A stretch of 11,051 nt of DNA, from positions 1-11,051 of the forward strand of contig NW_021827104.1 in the NCBI RefSeq assembly GCF_006345805.1, written 5' to 3'. This stretch comes from Octopus sinensis. Its lineage: Eukaryota. A model generated the notes under the pieces. It searched no databases and had not been told where the DNA came from. It was given only the letters and a program-made list of their open reading frames with translations. The translations under genes were made by a program, and so were the position numbers. Every line of letters starts with the position of its first letter. Position 1 is the first letter of the stretch. Of the stretch, positions 1 through 8,395 are shown one piece after another.

Positions 1-9
1 ATTTATATA

Positions 10-80
10 TGTGTGTGCGCGCGTGTATCATTGTATCTGTGTGTGGTGTGTACATGTGTGTGTGTGTGTGTTGTTTGTGT
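10..80. repeat. Imperfect (GT)n microsatellite
   Basis: Interrupted gtgtgt runs read directly from the sequence. Confidence 0.9.
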
Positions 81-185
81 CCGCGATAAGGACAAATTTG
101 TAGATATAATTTAAAATAAAGACATATAATTAGATTGAGCGGTAAGGTGAGGGTGGTGGAGTCAGAGATAAGAAGTTGTTATATT

Positions 186-380
<195 letters not shown>

Positions 381-451
381 AAAATAGCTGAAGGTGACCC
401 GCTCTACGCGCGGGTAAGAGTGTGGTTGTTACTTTCTGTTGCTTCCTTTCA

Positions 452-740
452 GCACGTAAAAAGCACCATCCGAACGTGGCCGATTGCAGCGCCGCCTTGA
501 CTGGCTTCTGTGCTGGTGGCACGTAAAAAAGCACCAACCGATCGTGGCGGCACGAAAAAGCACCCACTACACTCACAGAGTGGTTGGCGTTAGGAAGGGC
601 ATCCACCCGTAGAAACACTGCCAGATCAGACTGGAGCCTGGTGCAGCCTCCTGGCTTCCCAGACCCCTGTCAAACTGTCCAACCCGTGCTAGCACAGAAA
701 ACGGACGTTAAACGATGATGATGATGATGATGATGATGAT
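452..740 (+). mobile_element. 5'-truncated octopus-type SINE / non-autonomous retroposon with (GAT)9 tail
   Basis: Contains three copies of GCACG(T)AAAAAGCACC (452, 519, 550), the segment GGTTGGCGTTAGGAAGGGCATCC, the palindrome GTGCTAGCAC (686-695) and a (GAT)9 tail (714-740). It matches my recollection of a high-copy Octopus retroposon. No tRNA head is present. Confidence 0.85.
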
Positions 741-855
741 TCTCCCTCTTTGTTTCTCTCTCCTTTATCTCTCACTTTCCCACTCTCTAACTCTTCCTTT
801 CTCTCGGATTCTCCCTCGCTTTCTCTTACTCTCTATCTTTATCTATCTCTCTCCC
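741..855. repeat. Pyrimidine-rich (CT) low-complexity tract
   Basis: Almost exclusively C and T on the + strand. Confidence 0.8.
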
Positions 856-1580
856 ATTTATAAACAACAAAAGATCTTGAGTAAGTTGAGAAATGAAATA
901 TTTAGAAAGATCAATCATAAATATCAGGCAGTAACAACGGAAAGGTCTGCTTCAAGGCAGACAGCAAAACACTATCTCTGTCACATTCATACGCTACACA
1001 TGCCTTTCTCGCTTGTTTTTCATGCTCAATGTGCCCTTGTAAACACAACTCATCTCTGTAAGACCCTAGGTCGGTCACGCATACATAGAGAAAGTTGTTT
1101 GTCCCTTACAACGCGCCAGCATGCCACACTTTTGTTCCTGCACGACCGAGGCATATAATAGCTCAAGCACTGGCTGGCAGCCTCAGCCTTACCGCATTAA
1201 TCACTGGGATATTCAATACTGTACGCTGTATTTCAGCCTAGCAAGCCCTATTGCACTCATGCACCTCTGTTCTGCACGTGTACTCCCTTGTTTTGCAACA
1301 CGTCTGCAACAGCTCAATTCTTCTCCCGACTCAAAGCACTTCGGGTGTTCACATGCGCTGCGCTCATGTTTAGGCATAATTTCCCCCTGTTAGACCCCTG
1401 TTGGTCACGTAATTAACAGAGAAAGTTATCTGTCTCGCACCCAAGTTGCACCCAAAAAGTGTAAAGAAGCAACCAGTTCCCTTTACGTAACTATCAAAAA
1501 GTATTAAAAAGTTTAATATACATAAATACAGATATATACACTTTGTATATATACATTATATATACATATTTATATATAGA

Positions 1581-1605
1581 ACACACACACACACACACAC
1601 ACACA
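1581..1605. repeat. (CA)n microsatellite
   Basis: Pure AC run. Confidence 0.95.
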
Positions 1606-2018
1606 TGTATATAAACGCTCGTTGGTGTGTTCTGTTTGTATTTGGTCGATGGGCGCGTTGACAGGTAGACAATAGAATGCGGTGGCGATGGCGATGGACT
1701 ATTTGTTTCTCTGTATAGAGATACATGAGTAAAAATTATGGGAAGCTAAGAGATAGAGTGAGTGAAAATGTTCTTACATTAAATAACGGGAGTGGGCTAA
1801 ATGAAGGGGAGTAAGAGAGGGAAAGGAGGAAATAGCGTGAGTGAGGATGATGGCCCCTAGCAACCACACCTTTTAAGATAGGGATTTCTAAGGTAGCCCA
1901 CGAGCTTCGTCACCTCATTCTACATGTCCCTGTAAATTTTGGAGCGAATCGGACGGGATGTAGTGGCATTGAAAGCGATCCAAGCGGTAAAAACGCATTT
2001 CAGTTTTATATATAGAGA

Positions 2019-3296
2019 CTAGCAGAGATACCCGGCGTTGCCCGATTACATTCAATTGGAGAATTAGACTTTTCTGTTATATCTTCTGTGATGAACTGGA
2101 ATATCTATGTTTCGAATTTCATCAAAATTGCAGATGAGGGTTATTTCAATCTTTACACACCCTAAAAAATTGTAATCGTGCCACATGTATCCCATAATCC
2201 TGATTTTTATGCGCATATTCCAAAATTCCAGTCTTATTTAACTTGTTAAAAAGATTTTGTTCCTGAAAAATGAAGGTCATGGAGCTCTAAAATGTGAGAG
2301 TTAAGGCCCCTGTTGGGGGTGGGCATCTTAATGTCAACCAGAGAAGTTGAATTGTTGAAAATCTTTTTAACTTGGGTCTTATATCTATTGTTTGAATTTC
2401 TTTGAAATAGGAAATATATGTTCACTGGGTTTGTAAAAGGGAGCAAAGCTACAGGAAACCAAAAGACGAATGATTACAATAAGCAGTCAGTTACCCTACC
2501 CTAGTCGTTACCACTCCTAATGTAGGATTCCTCACCATCCAGGTGACAGGCACAGCCGTAAGATGCATTACGAATCTATAGCAATTGGAAGTGCGTGACC
2601 CAACTGAAATCAACATTAACAACTGTTTGACGTGAGGGCTAAGGAGAAATGAAAGTGTCACCTCTGTAGTTTGCAAATGACCACTATACTGATACGTAAC
2701 TGGACAGAATAAATTTAAAATCTAGAACCAGTCACTCATCTGGGAAGGCCTTGAAATCAATGTTACCATCTGGGGACTATGTGTGACCGAGTGATAATAA
2801 AAAGACTGAAAGGAGGTCTGCAATCAAATAAATTTTACTCTACACTTTGCAACTGAATCAGTGGAGGCAAGATGCCTCTCATTTACTTGACAATTTATGC
2901 AGCACATTGCAGAAATCACAATCTAAGTGTATGTCAAAGCAAACTGTTACACTGTTGTACCATTGAATTACAAATAATGCTCATCTTTTATGCTCGGGTA
3001 ACCCTACAGCTTCCAAGAGCACAACTGTATTCATTTTTGCTTAGATAAAATGACAAAATTGTAGATGTTAAGTCCCCATGGAGGGGTCTTTCTAACTTTG
3101 TAAGATGAAATTTTATAGATATTACTTCATTTGTGTCTAATGTCTATGGTTAAAATTTCATCAACAGCAAAAATATATGAATTGTCATGGGCGTTATGGC
3201 CCTTATGCATAGAATATAATTTCCAAATTTCATAAAGATCCAAGTTTTGGATCATAAAAAATTACTAATTTGGAATTTAAGGCTCCCTTAGGGTGT

Positions 3297-3351
<55 letters not shown>

Positions 3352-3364
3352 CTATATATATATA

Positions 3365-3369
<5 letters not shown>
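2019..3369 (-). mobile_element. Putative non-autonomous Helitron-like element 2
   Basis: The minus-strand 3' end is a degenerate hairpin (+ strand CCCGGCGTTGCCCG, 2031-2044), an 8-nt spacer and CTAG (2019-2022). The candidate 5' end is A|TCTATTATATAT at 3369. AAATTTCAT(C)AA-type motifs recur at about 2113, 3152 and 3224. The 5' boundary is ambiguous because of the adjacent (AGAT)n tract. Confidence 0.5.
3297..3366. repeat. (TA)n microsatellite
   Basis: Interrupted TA run. Confidence 0.95.
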
Positions 3370-3453
<84 letters not shown>

Positions 3454-3454
3454 C

Positions 3455-3522
<68 letters not shown>
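3367..3522. repeat. (AGAT)39 tetranucleotide microsatellite
   Basis: 156 bp of AGAT units with a single AGAC variant at 3451-3454. It explains the IYLS ORFs at 3288-3595. Confidence 0.98.
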
Positions 3523-3523
<1 letters not shown>

Positions 3524-3604
3524 CACACACACATGCACACATACAAAGATAAATTGATAGATACAACTGAGTGGGCAAACAAAAATATGAGACATAGCCT
3601 AGTG

Positions 3605-3791
3605 CTTTTTTATGTTGATAAGCCTAGTACTTACTCTATTAGTTTGTTCTTGCGAAACAAGTAAGTTATGTAGATGTAAATAAGTGAACAGCAGTTGTGA
3701 AGCAGTGATGAGGGCGACACACACATACACTTACATATATACATACATATATATACGATTTATTTGTTACAGTTCCTGTCTACGAAATCCA
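3605..3791 (-). mobile_element. Headless, decayed copy of the tRNA/CORE-type SINE (paralogue of 6700-6985)
   Basis: 3615-3713 aligns to about 6705-6802 at about 87% identity by manual count (13 differences in 99 columns). Similarity continues to AAATCCA at 3791, where the SINE head is missing. Confidence 0.75.
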
Positions 3792-3796
3792 TATAT
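3721..3796. repeat. Left copy of long direct repeat (probable TSD) flanking the RTE LINE
   Basis: ACACATACACTTACATATATACATA...CAGTTCCTGTCTACGAAATCCATATAT abuts the LINE (CAA)n tail and recurs at 6501-6572. Confidence 0.8.
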
Positions 3797-6500
3797 GTTG
3801 TTGTTGGCATCCTTTTTGTCTCGGGAGACAATGGAGTTGCACATAAAATAATCTAGTCCGGCTTTTACATTTCATGTCCTAATACATCTCTTGCTGTGGC
3901 TGTGTAGTCCTATCCTGGACAAACACTCCCTCTGGCAGGTACCGCAAATGTAGCGAAGACTGTTCCTGGCTGGTTGTAATGTCATAATTTCTTGTTGACG
4001 TCTTTTCTTGTCTTTCCATTTCTCCTTTCTCACTATGTCACTCCTTTGTGTTCCCTCTTTTACGGTACGTCGCCAATATCCACGGTTGCTGGCAACTGCT
4101 TCCCAGTTGGTAATATTGATGTTGCAGGCATTCATGTCCCTTTTGCAAACATCCTTGTATCGTAAGAACGGTCTTCCCACAGACCTAGTGCCCCTAGCAA
4201 GCTCTCCGTTGAGTATGTCCTTGGGGATTCTGCCATCTTCCATACGGCTAACATGTCCAAGCCATCTCATACGTCTTTGTGTGAAGAGTGCAAACATGCT
4301 TGGTATTCCTGCTTGCTTGAGGACATCTTTGTTAGGGACATGATTCTGCCATTGATGCGATGGATTTTCCGGAGACAGCGCAGGTGAAAGATTTAGGCGA
4401 CGTATGGCGTCGTACGGCGTGTGTATGGCGTCAAAGTCATACAGTAGAGTGCTAAGTACACATGCCTGGTAAATCTTCATTTTTGTGGTCTTGGTCAGCT
4501 TATTGTTGTCCCATGCGCGTTTGGTGAGTTGGGCATCACAGCAGCTGCCTTGCCAATGCGTATATTGAGCTCAGCATCAAGGGATAGGTTGTAGGTGACG
4601 GTAGAGCCAAGATAGGTAAACTTCTCCACCTCCTATACTCTGTGGTCTCCAATATGTATGTTTGGGATGTCCGATGTAGCCTGACCCATGATGTTTGTCT
4701 TCTTGAGGCTGATAACTAAGCCAAAGTTGCCAAATGCTTGCTCAAAACAGTTGCTGAGCTTCGTAGGGCTTCTTCTGTGTGTGATACTAGAGCGGCATCA
4801 TCAGCAAATAGCCCATTCTTGATCAGGACGCTTCTGAGATTTTGGTCTTGGCACGCAGACGCGAGAGATTGAACAGTTTCCCATCACTTCTACTGTGCAG
4901 AAACACTCCATCATCTGATGTCTCAAAGGCATGTGACAGCAGCAGCGAGAAGAAGATGCCAATAATGTAGGAGCAAGGACACAACCTTGCTCTACCCCAT
5001 TTTTTATTTGGAAGACGGCTGATGTTGAACCATTGTGCTGTATGGTGGCCTTGCATATTAGCATGGAATGATTTGATGATCCTCAGCAGCTTTGGTGGAC
5101 ATCCGATTTTTTGGAGCAGGATGAAGAGGCCTTTTCTACTTACCAAGTCAAAGCCTTTGTCAGATCAATGAAGGCCATATATAATGGCATGTTCTGCTCT
5201 GGACTTCTGAAGTTGGCGTATGGAGAATATCATGTCAATAGTTGACCTGCTTCTTCTAAAGCCACACTGCGATTCTGGATAAATTCGAGAAGCAATTAGT
5301 TGCAGCCTGGACAGGATAATGCGAGCAGAGGCCTTTCCAACTGTGCTTAGAAGAGATATTCCACGGTAATTGTTACAATCATCACGGTCACTTTTATTTT
5401 TGTAAAGCGTAATGATGTTAGCATCCCGCATATTCTGAGGGACTGTACCCTTACCAGCACTGACACAGAAGCTCATGAATGTGCCGAAGCAGGATGGTGT
5501 TTTTGCCGGTTTTGATGATCTCTAAGGGGATGCCGTCTTTTCCCGGAGCCTTGTTACTTGCTAGGGAGTCAATAGATTTGGTGAGCTCTGCTATAGATGG
5601 CAGACTGTCAAGTTCACACATGACTGGCAAGATCTTGACACCCTCGATTGCAGCCTCAGCTACCGTAGTCTCTCGTGAGTAGAGATCCTGGTAGTACTCC
5701 ATCCATCTATCCATTTGCTTGCTTTGGTCCTTGATGAGATCTCCAGTAGTTGATTTCAGAGGGGCTGAGGTGGTTGCGGATGGACCGAGGGCCTTCTTCA
5801 AACCGGCAACATCCCACGGGTGTCGCCACTGTCAGCAGCTGACTGGATACTCTGACAGATTTCCTGTCAATACCCATTTGCACAGCGTCTGGCAGTCAGT
5901 GTTGGGTTTTATTTCTTGCCTTTCTGAGTTCTTCGAGTGACTTTGTAGAAGAACACTCTTGTATTGCATCAGAGCTGTACGCTTTGCTTCGATAACTGTT
6001 TCCAGCTCTGAGAGCCCAGCCAGCACTGAACAAAATCTGGGTTTTACCTTTCTCTCATTCCGAAAGTATCTATTGATGTGGTATACAAAGCTTCCCTGAT
6101 ATAATCCACCTACTTTCAGCAGAGGAGGTTGGGCAGCTACTGAGGGCAACCTTGATAGAAACAGCAAAACATTGTCGCAGTGTAGGGTCGAGGTTCTGGC
6201 AGTGTTAATGCGTGGTTGGCTCATTTTCTTGGAGTGATGGACTTTTAGGCAGAATCCTCACCCTTCTTATTAGTGAATGATCTGTGTCACAATCCGCGCT
6301 ACGGGTCAGTTGAACAGAATTCAGAAAGGATCTTCGTGTAATGATGAGATCCAACTGATGCCAGTGGTGAGATCTTAGATGTCTCCAAGATGCATTGTGG
6401 GATGTCTTGTTGGGAAGAATGTGTTGGTGATGCACAGGTTATGGTATGTGCAAAATTCAAGTAGTCTCTGGCTATTGTCATTCATGTTGCCAATACTAAA
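3797..6500 (-). mobile_element. 5'-truncated RTE-clade (BovB-like) LINE retrotransposon
   Basis: The minus strand carries APE endonuclease remnants (IGNMNDNSQRLLEFC, HWHQLDLIITRR, DCDTDHSL). RT motifs include NYRGISLLSTVGK, ESQCGFR, FIDLTK, QGCVLAP and LFADDAAL (FADD at 4797-4808). It also has the RTE-typical RWLGHVSRMEDGRIPK and a C-terminal CX2CX12HX3C finger. The short 3' UTR has a TGTCT-CCCG-AGACA hairpin (3817-3830) and a (CAA)3 tail (3797-3806). Confidence 0.96.
3872..6500 (-). pseudogene. Disrupted RTE endonuclease/reverse transcriptase ORF
   Basis: Split among track ORFs 6375..6668 (part), 6205..6435, 5832..6224, 5451..5801, 5165..5476, 4823..5146, 4801..5064 and 3872..4480 by many frameshifts and stops. 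It starts mid-endonuclease and has a TGA stop at 3874-3872. Confidence 0.93.
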
Positions 6501-6572
6501 ACACATACACTTACATATATACATATTATACGATTGATTTTGTTTCAGTTCCTGTCCACGAAATCCATATAT
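6501..6572. repeat. Right copy of long direct repeat (probable TSD) flanking the RTE LINE
   Basis: ACACATACACTTACATATATACATA...CAGTTCCTGTCCACGAAATCCATATAT begins exactly where endonuclease homology stops (F-S-I-G-N codons end at 6500). Confidence 0.8.
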
Positions 6573-6574
6573 AA

Positions 6575-6576
<2 letters not shown>

Positions 6577-6618
<42 letters not shown>
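6577..6618. repeat. (TA)n microsatellite
   Basis: Pure TA run. Confidence 0.95.
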
Positions 6619-6626
<8 letters not shown>

Positions 6627-6699
6627 CACAACACAAAGATAAATTGATAGATACAACTGAGTGGGCAAACAAAAATGTGAGACTGCGTAGAGCTTTTTA

Positions 6700-6985
6700 A
6701 AATTTTGATAAGCCTGGTACTTATTCTATCAGTTTCTTCTTGTGAAACCAGTATGTTATGGGGATGTAAATAACGAACACCAGTTGTGAAGCAGTGGTGA
6801 GGAGAAACACAAAGACACACACACAGACTTACATACATATACATAATATATACGATTGATTTCTTTCAGTTTCTGTCTACAAAATCCACTGACAAGGTTT
6901 GGTTGGTCTCGGCTATAGTAGAAGACACATGCCAAGTTACCACACAGTGGGACTGAACTGAGAACCATGCGTTTTGGAACCATAA
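6700..6985 (-). mobile_element. tRNA-derived CORE-type SINE (octopus type), decayed
   Basis: The minus strand reads ...CATGGTTCTCAGTTCAGTCCCACTGTGTGG (B-box-like, + strand 6949-6959). This is followed by a CORE-like GGCATGTGTCTTCTACTATAGCC...GTGGATTTTGTAGACAGAAACTGAAAGAA, an internal TA/GT microsatellite and a 3' part ending GATAGAATAAGTACCAGGCTT. The A-box end is eroded. The family assignment is from memory. Confidence 0.82.
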
Positions 6986-7351
6986 GAATACTTATGCATA
7001 AATCTAAAATCTTAAATAATCTTTGTTATTGTAGTATATATCAGTAAAAAATGGAATATTCCCAAAATTGCATGATTAACTAAATGATTTCCATTTCTTA
7101 TTTAAACGTGGCAATCCTCTTGAAAAAAATCATTGTGAACCCGATGGATGTGGGTTATTTGTCGTAAAAACAAACTGAATACTCGTCATGTAGTGCCTTA
7201 CTGCTTTCTGCTGGATAGGAACCCTGAGGAAGGAGGGCTGAATTTCGAATACTTCGTACAACAAACGGCTGCAGGTTAGGAAAAAAAATTTATCGCCTCT
7301 TCCTTTAGGTTTTATTTTTCATGCTTTATTGTATTTCATGTTATGTTTATA

Positions 7352-7928
7352 TTGGGTTGTCCGGAAAGTTCGTTCGATTTTTAAAGGAAAGTACATGGTC
7401 ACTAAATACTTGCCATTACATTTTTAATGAACCAAATCTAAACCATTTCGTTGCACAATACGTCTCCATCTTACATTTCTTAAAATACCCTCTCCCAGAA
7501 TTGGGGTGGTTTCAAGGCAATAATTCATCAAGGTATCTTTTTACGTCATCTAAGGAATTGAAATTTTCACCATTAAGACTATTCTGCAGAGACCTGAATA
7601 AGTGGAAATCCGAAGGAGTAATATCTGGTGAATATGGAGGGTGGGGTAAGTCACCCCAGCAAAGCTGCAGCAATTTTTGTCTGGTTCCCAAAGCATCAAA
7701 TGCCGATAATGAATTTTTCTCATCTTTTAATTTAAAGGGTTACAGAATTAACACAGGTTAATGGAACATAAACCTTCTTCCACGAAAAGATAGATTAAAC
7801 TGTGCTCCAAATGGAGGTGTAGTCAAATCCTATTTTATGGACTCGAACATGTTCTAAAATAAGTCGAAAGATAAGCTACTATAAATCTTGCAAGAACTTT
7901 CCGTTGATGAACTTTCCGGACAACCCAA
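7352..7928 (-). mobile_element. Internally deleted mariner derivative (577 bp, MITE-like)
   Basis: Perfect 20-bp TIRs: TTGGGTTGTCCGGAAAGTTC (7352-7371) and GAACTTTCCGGACAACCCAA (7909-7928), with TA on both sides (7350-7351, 7929-7930). The minus strand joins N-terminal MRKIHYRHLMLW to C-terminal TRQKLLQLCWGDLPHPPYSPDITPSDFHLFRSLQNSLNG. Confidence 0.93.
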
Positions 7929-8395
7929 TATTTCTATATTTTTATCATGAAATTCTTAATATAAATATGTGGATATTCGTATGGAATAATACCTCATGTG
8001 CTACATCTGAATTTTCTTGTCTGAATGTTTTAAGACAAATATCCGAAATTTTTATCGTATACCACATTTTATTAATACTTAGCTCATATACGGAGACAAA
8101 AATGTTGTACTATATACTGCAGATTATCTCCATTAAAATTATATTTAGCATTAGAATTCTTCAAGTTGTATAAAAATGGTTATTGTCTGCATCATTCGAA
8201 AGCGAAATAAATTTTGCATAAGGTGTAAAAGATAAAAAATAATTTGTATGGTGTTAGTAACAAATATTTTGTAAGAAATAGAACTTTTATCGTCTGTCTT
8301 AAATATTTTCGCCAGTGTATATATCTCAGTCATCCCATAAGTTTCTGAATTTTGGATAAGAATACAAGTGATCAAATGTTATATTTAATTGAATG

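Larger units (their letters stand above)
384..2018 (-). mobile_element. Putative non-autonomous Helitron-like element 1 (interrupted by a SINE)
   Basis: On the minus strand it starts TCTCTATATATAAAACTG at 2018, matching the Helitron 5'-TC terminus. It ends with a GC-rich hairpin (+ strand ACCCGC 397-402 / GCGGGT 410-415), a 9-nt spacer and CTAT|T at 387-384, one mismatch from the canonical CTAG|T. The subterminal 'tgtaaattttggagcgaatcgg' (about 1931-1952) resembles motifs in animal non-autonomous Helitrons. No RepHel coding sequence is seen. Pairing the two ends into one element is inference. Confidence 0.55.

Noticed and set aside
452-570. CRISPR-like repeat-spacer appearance of the GCACGTAAAAAGCACC copies
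   Set aside because: Eukaryotic context, irregular spacing (67 and 31 bp), related 'spacers' and no cas genes. These are internal SINE repeats.
715-1158. 147-aa ORF starting with poly-Met and a hydrophobic, signal-like stretch
   Set aside because: The Met run is the SINE (GAT)n tail and the hydrophobic part is the CT-rich tract. No recognisable domain follows.
2560-3010. Faint RPA-like (INVTIWG) or PIF1-like (LCSGNP) words suggesting Helitron coding remnants
   Set aside because: Isolated short matches in frames full of stops, with no ordered motif series. A profile HMM search would be needed.
3288-3595. Three overlapping IYLS-repeat ORFs
   Set aside because: Translations of the stop-free strand of (AGAT)n and (TA)n.
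4008-4343. 111-aa + strand ORF (also 5479..5682 and 5719..5940)
   Set aside because: Antisense shadows of the RTE ORF.
6205-6500. Possible 'craniofacial development protein 2-like' host gene
   Set aside because: That label is often transferred to RTE endonuclease domains. Here the segment is collinear with the RT and LINE tail.
7321-7761. 146-aa + strand ORF
   Set aside because: Antisense to the mariner remnant and starts outside the element. It has no independent protein features.
7930-8320. Possible host exon in the AT-rich gap between the mariners (ORFs 7904..8173 and 8151..8375)
   Set aside because: Compositionally biased I/F/L/N/K-rich translations with no motif and no convincing splice-site pair.
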